IMG/VR virus record: IMGVR_UViG_3300025133_000026
DNA from: a virus
Direction: 5' to 3' (one strand)
DNA length: 64,000 bases
The notes under the pieces were generated by a model. The model saw nothing but the letters and a program-made list of their open reading frames with translations. It was not told the DNA's origin and did not search any database. Of the stretch, positions 8,738 to 18,439 are shown piece after piece. Both the position numbers and the translations under genes were made by a program. Position 1 is the stretch's first letter; each line of letters opens with the position of its first letter.

Positions 8738-8862
8738 TCCCTTGACAGCCCCCTCCCCCGGAGGGGGTACAGGGGGAGGTAAAGTAGTAGAGTAAGCCCC
8801 GAGCGAAGCGAGGGGAACACTCTACTCTTTTCTATTCTAAACCAGTAACAAAAGAAATAAGG

Positions 8863-9423
8863 ATGTTTTATCAATTTATTGCTCTTATTTGGTTCTTCGC
8901 AGCTATTATCCAATTCAGTACGGGTGGAATCATAGAAGGTGGTATCTTCGTTTGCGCAGGTTATCTTGCTCTTATCACTGCAGAACAACAAAAGGAATGG
9001 GTTGACGGCATCATCTTGCCGCCAAGAAAGCTTCTACCCCGTGTATAGAGAAGCTTTTCCTCTGTTTGAAGGAGAAAGAATCTGCTAAGTGTGTGAAATC
9101 ATTAGACTATTCCGCACCCTACCGCGTACATCCCCTTGTAGAGGGCATCTAGAGGAGATATCATGACTTTGTTGGAAGAAATCAGAGAGATTCAGAAGTT
9201 CGCCCAGCTCAAAGAAGAAGAATTGGCCTTTAAGAATGAGAAGAAGACTGTCTGGAAGGAGCTTATTACAGCGGCGAAGCGCTTTCCCTATTCAAAAGGA
9301 ATGAGATATGAGGGTGCTCTCAGCCACAGAACAAGAGAATGGTTGAGAAAGCAGGAACTCAAGGTAGAGATACCTGATTTTGATATCACTAGAAAAGTCT
9401 ACCACATCATCTCTTGGGATTAG
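8863..9423 (+). CDS. two hypothetical ORFs (8863..9048 membrane; 9163..9423)
   Basis: Track ORFs with AAGGA/GGAG RBS. Confidence 0.65.
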
Positions 9424-9527
9424 GTAGACTAGCCTGTAGAAGGGGACTAAGCCTGTTTGAAGGATATACAAACCTGTGTTTGAGAATAGGGGGTATATAG
9501 GAGGAAGGATAAGAGAGGGAAGGTATA

Positions 9528-9552
9528 CTTCTCTTCTCTTCTCTTCTCTTCT
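9528..9552 (+). repeat. (CTTCT)x5 microsatellite in a polypurine/polypyrimidine tract
   Basis: Read directly; purine-rich 9490-9522 followed by pyrimidine-rich 9528-9632. Confidence 0.9.
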
Positions 9553-9850
9553 CTAGTCTTCTCTAATCTAGTCCTCTCTCATCCTCTAGTCTTATCTCAC
9601 CCAACCTTCTCTAATCCTATCTTCTTCTCTTGTCTAGGAGATAAACTATGTATAACTGTACCTGTAGTGAAGAGCATGAGATGCATCTTTGTTCTAGTAC
9701 TAGTGGTGAAGATGATGACTCTATGTGTATGTGTTGTGAGTACTGTACTCAAAGGTGTAATAGAAAGGATGAAGAGGAAGAATAGGCGCGGGCTAGTGCA
9801 CTAAACTATCTCTTGTATTTCACCTTCAACATATTTTAAAGGATATAAAC

Positions 9851-10592
9851 ATGCTGTTCAAGAATGCCATCAAACCTGCTTCCTTTACCGAAGGAGAGCA
9901 GTACAGTTTCTATTGTGCAGAGTGTGACAATGCGGTAATTGATAGTTCGCGCGCTGGAACTGGAACCTTTTACTATGTCTTCACTCACAGCAGGGACAGG
10001 GTTACCCCTCTCTTCACTAAGGAATACAAGTTTAAGATGGGAGAGTACAGACAGAACATGTTTGCTCTTTGTCCTGATTGCGACCATTTGAAGAAGAATA
10101 CTCAGTAATCATGCCTATTAAAATTGATGACTTCTACAAAAGAGAACTCACTCCCAAACAGCTTGAAGAGCTAAAACAAGAAACTCAAAAGATAGTAGAG
10201 TTTATTGAACTTTGTGACTATTGTAATGGGCCTCCTTATGCAGAACATGCATATCAGTGGAGTTCTGATGGACCAGAATGCAATTTGTGTGGCTTTATCC
10301 ACAAACTTCCTAATCCATGTTCAGTAGCCGAGGATGGTGAATGCCCACATACCATTTTAAAATAAAGGTAATGCTCAATGGAGAATACTTTGATCAAGCT
10401 ACTTTAAGTGTAATTCCTAGAGCAGGTGATATTCTCCAACTCAAACCTTATCAACTTAAACCCATTGCAGAATATACTGTAAGAAAGGTTATCCTTTTCG
10501 ATTCACATGTCGTACCTTATAAAGATAGGAATTATGCTGCTGCAGTCCATATTATGACTGAATATGAAGAGCTTATGGTTCAAGAAACATGA
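9851..10592 (+). CDS. three hypothetical ORFs (9851..10108 and 10111..10365 with CxxC pairs; 10341..10592)
   Basis: CAEC/CPDC and CDYC/CNLC motifs suggest Zn binding. Confidence 0.7.
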
Positions 10593-10897
10593 AGACATAC
10601 CTTGTGCTCTATCCTTTCACATCGGAAAAAGTAACAGTAAATCCTTATTCTGGGAAACAAGCCTCTAGAGAAAGTGTAAAAGATAAACATTTTCAAGGTG
10701 CGGGCCTATATTTAGTAAAAGAACATCTTTCTTTCTATGTAAATGCAGAAGGATATTTGCATAGAGAAGATGGGCCTGCTGTTGTGGGCTTAGGTGACTA
10801 TGAAGAATACTTTATCGAAGGCTATTGTTTTTCTGACCTTGAAGCTTACAATACAGGTCTTCTTCAATATTTGATTAATGAAGAAAAGAATGATTAA
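10589..10897 (+). CDS. FQGxG/LHxxxxPA paralog family member
   Basis: HFQGAGLY and YLHREDGPA. Confidence 0.8.
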   Translation: MKTYLVLYPFTSEKVTVNPYSGKQASRESVKDKHFQGAGLYLVKEHLSFYVNAEGYLHREDGPAVVGLGDYEEYFIEGYCFSDLEAYNTGLLQYLINEEKND

Positions 10898-10953
10898 ATC
10901 TACGGACAACTTTCCTGTATTTCCTTAGAGAAAAGACCTACCCTTAAACCCCC

Positions 10954-11154
10954 ATGAACACTATCATTTTCAAAGACTATTCTGTCCGTAAAAAGTTAAA
11001 GATTAGACTTCTTGTTTGCGGGCGTGACATTTGGCCTGGATGGTCTAAAGCTCAACTTTTAAAGAGATCAGCTGGGAAAGTAAAACCTGGGTGCTATTTT
11101 ATAAGGGTCCGCACTAAACCATTCCGATCTCTAGTCAAAGAGATACTCTCGTAG
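10954..11154 (+). CDS. basic hypothetical protein
   Basis: Track ORF only. Confidence 0.5.
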   Translation: MNTIIFKDYSVRKKLKIRLLVCGRDIWPGWSKAQLLKRSAGKVKPGCYFIRVRTKPFRSLVKEILS

Positions 11155-11232
11155 AATTACGGGCGACAGGTCTGGTTGGTTTAAGTAGCGGTGATGTTAG
11201 TTCGAATCTAACCCATTGTCACTTTTCAATAT

Positions 11233-11328
11233 GAGTTGGTACGCCAAGATGCAAGTCGAGCGGCTGGGATATAAACCAGTGTCTCCGATATAAGGAGAGG
11301 CTGTAGGGCTTGACCCCTACCCAACTCA
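11233..11328 (+). ncRNA. non-canonical tRNA-like RNA with long variable arm
   Basis: Perfect acceptor GAGTTGG/CCAACTC; GCTGG/CCAGT arm with 8-nt loop GATATAAA; TCTCC/GGAGA extra arm; atypical T-loop. Confidence 0.5.
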
Positions 11329-11484
11329 TTTTGTCCCCGATGAGGCCCGGAATCCAGGGTGGTATGCGTCACATGCAAATGTCTTGTATATCAAACCAGA
11401 ACAGAGCCGGTCTATTAAGTCTGAATTAACAGCTGCATGCTAAAGAGGATACTGATAGAAAGATTATACCATATGGGTGTCTGT

Positions 11485-11564
11485 TGGGCTGTATCCCCTC
11501 AAGCTTATATCTTGTAGAAAGGGTAATCGGTTGCATGCGGGTTCAAGTCCCGTCAGCCCTACCA
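11485..11564 (+). ncRNA. non-canonical tRNA-like RNA ending in ACCA
   Basis: GGGCTG/CAGCCC acceptor; GCGGG-TTCAAGT-CCCGT T-arm; CAAG-CTTATAT-CTTG hairpin; no D-arm. Confidence 0.55.
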
Positions 11565-11569
11565 TAGTC

Positions 11570-12320
11570 TGGAGTCCTGCCAGGCGTACCTTTTAAATCC
11601 ACAGTCTCCTATTACTGACTCTGGTTCCTCCATTTAAAACCTAATGCAATGGGATAAAGGATAATAAGGTCAAAGGGAAATGCGAGCTGTGTCCTACAGT
11701 TGGGTGATTACTCTAGTCCCAACATCTCTTATTAAGTACTAACTTTTTCTCCTAATTTATCCCAATATAAGTTGGGCTTGTTTGAATATCATTAGGAGAC
11801 CCTAATCCTTTCTGGTGGGTTAAAATCAGACGGTGGCGAGCGTATTTCTTAGTTCTAACGTTTACCCGTTACGATCCGTAAACTATGTACGCTGGAATAG
11901 TTGCGCACTCCAGTTAATGAAGCAGACGCAATGTTGGTAGTAGATTAGCAATCTCATGTTGTGCACAAACATGTACTAGAAACTACACAAAGGGATCCGA
12001 CTGTATAAAAAACAGAGCGGGTGTTGGAAGTCCTAACGAGTGGCTTGACTAACCACTCACCCTCATCCCCTAGAGGTACCAAGGGGTTTTAGAATTTAAT
12101 GCTCTGTATGATTCTATGTAAAGTGTTTTAGCATGCACACTATACTCATCTTTAAGATCAGTTAAAAGATCATGCGCGGAGTTGAAGCAATTCAGCGGTG
12201 TTTAAGACCCACCGATAGATGTATCGCTTGCAGGTATTGGTTACTGAATTTACCGCCTGCTTACATCTATATGGGAGGCACCAGGACATACTAGTTTAGT
12301 TCCTCCTGTCTCCCAGTTTT
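11570..12320 (+). ncRNA. candidate ~750-nt ornate ncRNA
   Basis: ORF-free with many helices; ends in TGGGAGGCA/TGTCTCCCA stem followed by GTTTT. Confidence 0.55.
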
Positions 12321-12491
12321 CCTACAGATACTATCAATACCTAATGACACAGGAACAAACATGAAGAGAACAATTATTGTTAAGCTCCATCTAGCCGAAG
12401 ATGGAAGTGTTGAAGATCAAGAAGACATTAGTCTCAATGATAAGCAAATGGAACTTCTTCTTAAGCTAATTGCTGAATTGGAGACAACAAC

Positions 12492-14260
12492 ATGATTTTC
12501 CTTATTCTTTCTCTCGCCTGTGTATCTCCTGACAGGGCTGTAGAGTACACTGAGCGCGCATTTCCTGAATGCACAGATCACCAGTATCTCTCCCATCATT
12601 ATGGACAAGGCGGAAACCCTGCTCAGACAGAAGTGTCTATGACATGTGATGGACTTACTAAGTCTGTCACTGTCAAATGTGTGCATGGTTATGGCTGTAT
12701 TTCCAAGACTACCTGTCACATTAATAATTAGGAGATAACATGATTCCCTTTATCTGTCTTGCTATTGATACTTATCTTTATATGTATTCTACTAAGATGT
12801 TTGGATATACCTAGAGAGAATAATGAGACCTGGTAAATACACAGTAATTGTTACTGACAAACAACAACAAATATGGAAAAGAGAGAATACTAGTGGGCAA
12901 TCGTGTAAGCGGTGCTCCTCCGACACTATGAAGAAGTTTATGTGGTGGGAAATACCTGAACGTCAGAATTATCTCTTCTGTATCAATCCTAATTGTAAAC
13001 ATGTGGAGTTTATTTAATGCTTATTCTTCTATTTTCCTGCCTTCTGCCTACTTATATTCCAGTCTGTCAGGTAGATCAATGTTTTGAGACTTATCAAGAA
13101 CATGAAGGAATGAATAGTCTTAAAACTTCACCCGTGAATGAAAATGCTTGGGATCTTTATTGTTATTGTAATGATAACTATACAGTTCGAGAAGAAGATT
13201 TTGCACCCCTTAAGAATGGGACATGTGAATCATGATAAAGTTTATTGTAGATACACTTCTAACGGCCCTTGGTACCACCCTTTTTGGTGGGGTACTAGGT
13301 GGCGCAGCTTACTGTTTTTATCTTCTTGGACAAGCTAGTGTATGGTTTTCTATCCCTGTTGGTATTATTGGAGTTAGTGCTGTTATCACTTTGATTTCAA
13401 ATTAAACTTATTCTAGGAAAAGAACAATGATGTTTCTTCTGCTCTCTATTGCTTTTGCTAACGAAGTTCATCTAGTCAACAAGACTTGTGAAGACTATAC
13501 ATATGTGGTAAGAGTAGGAGATAATGTTACAGCAACACATGTTACTGCATGTTATTGGGATGAGGATAAGATGCCCGGCGAAGCAAGCTGGACAGCACTC
13601 GCCAAGTACTTCCTATTCTTCTCCGGTGTTAATCTTTACACCATCGACCACTCGTCGGTGGCCTTCGAGGGCCACCTTCCTGTCTCCTCCCTAAAGGCAA
13701 CCTACCCCATCTCTACTGTTGGATATACAGAGGATATGAATATTCCTCTACCAAAGAGAGGAGAGAAGCAAAATAGCTATTACTGAAGAGACCAGGTAGG
13801 ACATATCTTTTTACCAGGACAATAAAAGCCTATGACCTCTACACAAATAGATAATATAAAAACATTAGATTAATTCTATAACACTAGTTCTAAGATTATC
13901 TTTCAAGTGGTTAAAATTATTCAAGGTCGTATTGGACCAGAATATCTACTTAAAGATATTAAGACTGGCATAGAACATGGTCCAGTCTTTCATACATGGT
14001 TGTGCAAAGATGAATGGGAAATTCATATACATATAGGTTAAATTATGATTATCTGGCTCGCAAGAGTAGCTATCACAGCTACTATCTTCTCTTCTTTTGT
14101 ACTAATTGTATTTGGAATAGGAGCACTTATAGCCTGGCTTGCTACTGTACTCTCTGGAGCAAGTTATTGGTTTGCAGTCTCCGCTGTAATCATCATCCCT
14201 GTATCTATGATAATGGTTACAGTAGATGAAATAAGTGATTCCTCTTCATGGAGTAATTGA
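12492..14260 (+). CDS. run of small ORFs (12492..12731 and 13017..13235 lipoprotein-like, 12823..13017, 13427..13786 secreted, 14045..14260 membrane)
   Basis: LSLAC/LFSC lipobox-like ends of hydrophobic leaders; Cys-rich. Confidence 0.65.
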
Positions 14261-14275
14261 TCATTCTAACATTAT

Positions 14276-14352
14276 AGGTCTCTAGCTCAATGGTCTAGAG
14301 CACCAGCCTCTTAAGCTGCGAGATCAGGGTTCGAGTCCCTGGGGACCTACCA
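14276..14352 (+). tRNA. tRNA-Lys(CTT)
   Basis: Cloverleaf; loop CTCTTAA; CCA. Confidence 0.93.
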
Positions 14353-14395
14353 TCTATGTGGGCTACAAGGATGATGTCGAAACTCATCACTGTGG

Positions 14396-14513
14396 TCCCC
14401 TCTCTCTATTCTATAGTTCTTAATCCTATCTTTCTTCAGATAGTAGTGACCCATGGCGGGAAAAGGTTCAAATCCTTACACATGATTAAGACGAAGATAT
14501 AGAATAGAGAGAT
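14396..14513 (+). ncRNA. long-stem RNA with internal T-arm
   Basis: 15-bp TCTCTCTATTCTATA/TATAGAATAGAGAGA stem, TCTTAATC/GATTAAGA stem, AAGG-TTCAAAT-CCTT. Confidence 0.5.
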
Positions 14514-14652
14514 AAACTTTAATAAAGAAGGGTGCGCCGGGAGAAACCCGGAAGCAGTAGACATAGAGAATGGATTAATCTATGAAAGCAAGACCCCTAT
14601 GACTATCCACCAGAAGGGTTGATACCTTCTTAATTTATATTGTGAGAAAAAC

Positions 14653-14949
14653 ATGACAGATCTAAAAGAAATATTCGCAACATTGGGAATATTTGCCTTT
14701 AGTGCAATGATATTCTTTCTGGGTTACTCTATATATGATTTCATGAATAGAGATTTTCGATCCTCTTTTGAAATTGAAAGAGATAATCAATTACAAGAAT
14801 GGCGTAAAGAAAATGTAACAGATCTTTATCAAAATGAAAACTATCACTTTCTCAGAATTATTGATCCTAAATACAACATAGTTTGTTATGTTTATGGAAA
14901 TAAAGCTATTAGCTGTATAGACAATAATTCAATACAAATGCCAGATTAG
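14653..14949 (+). CDS. membrane-anchored hypothetical protein
   Basis: N-terminal TM helix; C-terminal VCY...ISC. Confidence 0.7.
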   Translation: MTDLKEIFATLGIFAFSAMIFFLGYSIYDFMNRDFRSSFEIERDNQLQEWRKENVTDLYQNENYHFLRIIDPKYNIVCYVYGNKAISCIDNNSIQMPD

Positions 14950-15014
14950 CTGAGTTGGTTTAGCAGCGCCTTCGTAAGGCGCCGACAACGGTTCGAGTCC
15001 GTTATCTGGCTCCA
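14940..15014 (+). tRNA. tRNA-Thr(CGT)
   Basis: GCCAGAT/ATCTGGC acceptor; loop TTCGTAA; CCA. Confidence 0.92.
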
Positions 15015-15025
15015 TTTTAATATAC

Positions 15026-15110
15026 GCTGCCATGGCCGAGTGGTTAAAGGCACATGACTGTTAATCATGCGGGTTATCCTACGTAGGTTCGAATCCTACT
15101 GGCAGCGCCA
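15026..15110 (+). tRNA. tRNA-Asn(GTT) with long variable arm
   Basis: Loop CTGTTAA; G discriminator; CCA; class-II-like D-loop and ~13-nt variable arm. Confidence 0.88.
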
Positions 15111-15171
15111 TAAAACAAGAGACAAGAAGTAGAATACAGAAATCTTATATTAAAGACAAAGAACCCTAATA

Positions 15172-15492
15172 ATGGAGAAAACCATGGGTGAATATGCAGA
15201 CAAGATGGCCGCCGAGCGGCAGTCTCAATATCCTGGACTTTATGACCGTCGACCCGTAGTTCGTCATGGCGATGGCTCTATTGGTCCTTCAAAGACCCGT
15301 CATCCCAAGACTGGCTACCCAGAGATGCGTAAGCAAGAACGTATGGTAGTAGTGGAAAGGAATCGTGCCGCGCGCGCAGACCGAACTCCACAACAACAGC
15401 TTGCTCTTCTTAACAAGCGTCTTGGAAAGAATGTAGGAGCTCAGCGAGAGCGTGCTCGTCTTCATTCTCTTATCGAATCCTCCTCGTCTTAA
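15172..15492 (+). CDS. basic hypothetical protein
   Basis: RTPQQQLALLNKRLG..GAQRERARL; followed by terminator. Confidence 0.75.
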   Translation: MEKTMGEYADKMAAERQSQYPGLYDRRPVVRHGDGSIGPSKTRHPKTGYPEMRKQERMVVVERNRAARADRTPQQQLALLNKRLGKNVGAQRERARLHSLIESSSS

Positions 15493-15506
15493 TCTACCCC
15501 TAAAGA

Positions 15507-15541
15507 GTAAAAGGGAACCCTTTTATAGGGTTCCCTTTACT
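15507..15541 (+). terminator. intrinsic terminator-like hairpin
   Basis: AAAGGGAACCCT/AGGGTTCCCTTT. Confidence 0.7.
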
Positions 15542-15553
15542 TATCCTCTCCTT

Positions 15554-15943
15554 ATGAAAACTTATCCAATAATAGAAACTGAAACCCCATTGAGTTGCTT
15601 TCATAAAATTTTTCCTTATCTAATGAAAAAGGAAATATTTCAAGGACCTGGAAGATATATCTTTAGGAGCAAAAATACAACAATTCTTCGAACGATAAGT
15701 GCAATAATTAATCAAGATAGACTTGTTCATTCACTTGAAGAACCAGCTTGGGTTACTCAAGCTCGTTCATACTATTATATTGAGGGAAAATTTCTTCTTG
15801 AAGAAGAATGGAAGCAAGAAATATATAAAAGAATTATGTTAGAAATTCCAAACCAGGAGCAACAATGGCTAAGCAAGGAAGAAATGCTCGTGCAAGAGCA
15901 AAGCAACGTCGTGACAGTGAAAAGCGTAAGCGTAAGGCCGTGA
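15554..15943 (+). CDS. FQGxG paralog family member
   Basis: IFQGPGRY, VHSLEEPA, YYYIEG, EIYKRIML. Confidence 0.8.
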   Translation: MKTYPIIETETPLSCFHKIFPYLMKKEIFQGPGRYIFRSKNTTILRTISAIINQDRLVHSLEEPAWVTQARSYYYIEGKFLLEEEWKQEIYKRIMLEIPNQEQQWLSKEEMLVQEQSNVVTVKSVSVRP

Positions 15944-17405
15944 TGAAGGCGCGTTATCGTGAGTGGACAGATAAGGGAATGAACCAAAAGAGCAAGCGTG
16001 TACGTCTTGCCAAGGGTCGGTCTACTGCTCTTCGCACCAGAGAGCGCCGCCGTAGTCCCGGTAATCTTGGTGACTACAAGTGTCATCCTGATATCAATAT
16101 GCCATTCTTCGCGCGCATGCTTCTTCTTGAAAGACAAGGACATCGGAATCAGTACACCAGCAAGTGTTCTCATATTCAGGTTGATGCCTGGATTCAGCAG
16201 AATAACTTTACTCTTTAGGAGACTTAATGACTATAGTTTATGTCATTCTTCTCTCTTTTCTCCTGGGCACTTGCTTTACAACTTTATTTGGAGTAAGGCA
16301 AGAATCTCTTATCATCATTCCTATTATCTTTATAGGCTTGTTTCTTGTTCTTTCTGTGTCAGGACATATGAAAAGTATTAAAAATAATAATCATTGTACT
16401 CTTCTTTGTGAAGATATCAATGCAGAGATGAAAGCAAAAGAATGCTGGATTCCTCTATATGGTGAAGACCAGAAGGGATGGGAGAAGTGCTCGTTTGGTA
16501 GATAATGAAAACCTTAATAGAAAGAATAGAGCAGTTTAGTACACCAGGCACAACTATTATTAGCCCCTGTGGTGGAATCGGTTTACACAGAAAACTCAAA
16601 ATTTTCCGTCCGTTATAAGGACATGCACGTTCAAGTCGTGTCAGGGGTACCATAACCATCTGCCCACAGGTTGTATCAGGACAATGTTACCATTATGCCA
16701 CATACGTCTCAGACAAAGGTAAAGCCTTTTCTCTCAGACTGAAACTTAAGAAGTATCAATTACTAGATTGCAAGCGATGGTGAAAGAGCTGAATGGAATA
16801 AGCTCAGAACAAGGTGATTATCCTACTCCTTGTACATTTTACAGGTTTATATATGACATTAGAAGAATTCCGAAATGCTCTTCGACATGGCCACCTTTCG
16901 CCTAGAAGCTACGGATTCTCCCGCTTCATAGGTAATACCCCTTATACCTTTACTTTAAGTCAGCAATATTTCATAAGTCAACAATTCACTTGCTATATCA
17001 AAAAAGATGATACTGAAGAAATCCTTACTCTAGAGGCTCTAGATACCTATGAAAATGCTGTACAGTTTATGTATAAGATTTATCAAGAGTTAGAATATAA
17101 GGAATTAATGATTTCATCATCCTCTTACAATAAGGAAAACAATGACTCCAATCCAAGCACTTCAGAAAATTATTACGATTCTTGAAGAACACCCTACTAA
17201 CGGCCCTAATGGACAAAGACCTCTCTTCTACGGAGAAGAAGGGTATGATGCTAGAGCAAGGTATGCTTACCTTGAAGCCAAGGATGCTGTTGTTTCCTAT
17301 AAGCCAGAAGATGATTATAATCAAAAGGCACTTCATTTTATTCTCAATGATTCTGAACTTAGAGAAAAACTTCTCTCAAAGATGAGGGAAGCAAACCTTA
17401 TCTAA
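15865..17405 (+). CDS. run of hypothetical ORFs (15865..16218 Arg/Lys-rich, 16227..16505 membrane, 16853..17185, 17142..17405)
   Basis: Tightly packed + strand ORFs with RBSs. Confidence 0.65.
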
Positions 17406-17418
17406 CTAGGAATTAATC

Positions 17419-17796
17419 ATGCAAGAACTCAAGGGTAACATGTGGGACCATCTTGGTACTGCTAATGCTATTTGTATTACCACTAATGGATTCGTTAAGC
17501 GTAATGGCCAGTGTGTTATAGGTAAGGGATGCGCTCTCCAAGCGAAGAAGATGTGGCCTAGTATTCCCACTCTTCTGGGAGATACCATTGCCAAGCGAGG
17601 TAATCTCCCTGCCTGTCTTCTTCGATCCAAGGGTACCTGGGTAGTCTCATTTCCTGTCAAGAGCGAGTGCAAAGTTACTCAACACGAGACAGGACCTGTT
17701 CTTAAGCTCGTGGTGATGGATACTGAAGTAGATGGTCTTGCCACCTGTTCTCTAGGGCAGGCCAGTATTATCGACATTGAGATTGTCAGAGAATAA
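17419..17796 (+). CDS. macrodomain-like (ADP-ribose-binding) protein, C-terminally truncated
   Basis: ICITTNGFVKRNG..IGKGCA..AK..WP and SFPVK typical of phage macrodomains; the usual C-terminal PRPGCG segment is missing. Confidence 0.65.
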   Translation: MQELKGNMWDHLGTANAICITTNGFVKRNGQCVIGKGCALQAKKMWPSIPTLLGDTIAKRGNLPACLLRSKGTWVVSFPVKSECKVTQHETGPVLKLVVMDTEVDGLATCSLGQASIIDIEIVRE

Positions 17797-18035
17797 TGGT
17801 TTTCTCTCTGTGCATTAGGAAACAAGATACAAAACCTGTTTTTGTCTCATTCTTTACTAATCAAGAATTAGAAATTTTGTTTCCTTTAGTTCAAAAGATA
17901 TATGGGGATGTTATCCCAAAATGTACAGAAACGACTGAAGAATGGATTTTCCCAGCATCAGATGAAGTTAAAATAGAAGCGATACAAGATGCTATCCAAA
18001 AAGCTGTAAAAGCTACATGGGATAAACACCAATAA
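17796..18035 (+). CDS. hypothetical protein
   Basis: TAATG overlap with upstream gene. Confidence 0.6.
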   Translation: MVFSLCIRKQDTKPVFVSFFTNQELEILFPLVQKIYGDVIPKCTETTEEWIFPASDEVKIEAIQDAIQKAVKATWDKHQ

Positions 18036-18129
18036 TTTGCCGGGTCTGGTACCCTGGAAAAGTCCTTACAAATGAGGTCAAAAGGACAATGTAAGCTGCA
18101 GTGGCCTTATACTTACACAATATACATTG

Positions 18130-18287
18130 CAGATCATGGCGAAATGGCATACGCAAGCGTGGTCTAAGCCTACATGAATAGGGATTAACTCGTAAGACTA
18201 ATCTTTCAGACTCATGGCGAAAACTGCTGCTCTTGTTTAGTCTGACAAGCAAAGAGCGTGAAGGTTCGAGTCCTTCTTTTCTCCAAT
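18130..18287 (+). ncRNA. tRNA-Leu-like element with large pseudoknotted insert
   Basis: Leu-type D-arm GCGAAATGGCATACGC; T-arm GAAGG-TTCGAGT-CCTTC; poorly paired acceptor; insert with pseudoknot. Confidence 0.55.
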
Positions 18288-18302
18288 GTATTCTAAAAAC
18301 AT

Positions 18303-18328
18303 AAAGCCAGGTCTTCGGGCCTGGCTTT
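18303..18328 (+). terminator. intrinsic terminator
   Basis: AAAGCCAGGTC-TTCG-GGCCTGGCTTT. Confidence 0.8.
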
Positions 18329-18439
18329 AACTATGCCTTGTCTATAGTTAGAAAAAGAACATAAGTATATAATCTCTTAAAAAATATGAAAGTTAATAAA
18401 AAAGTATATGAAATTCAAGGGTAATCAAAGGAGTACCTT

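Noticed and set aside
8742-8773. TTGACA as a sigma-70 -35
   Set aside because: No acceptable -10 at 16-18 bp spacing.
11335-11380. CCGATGAG-GCCC...GGGT as a hammerhead ribozyme
   Set aside because: Core CTGATGA is imperfect and the GAAA following stem II is missing.
3887-12207. Shared 10-mer GGTGTTTAAG in two ncRNA candidates
   Set aside because: Different structural contexts; repeated 10-mers are expected by chance in 64 kb.
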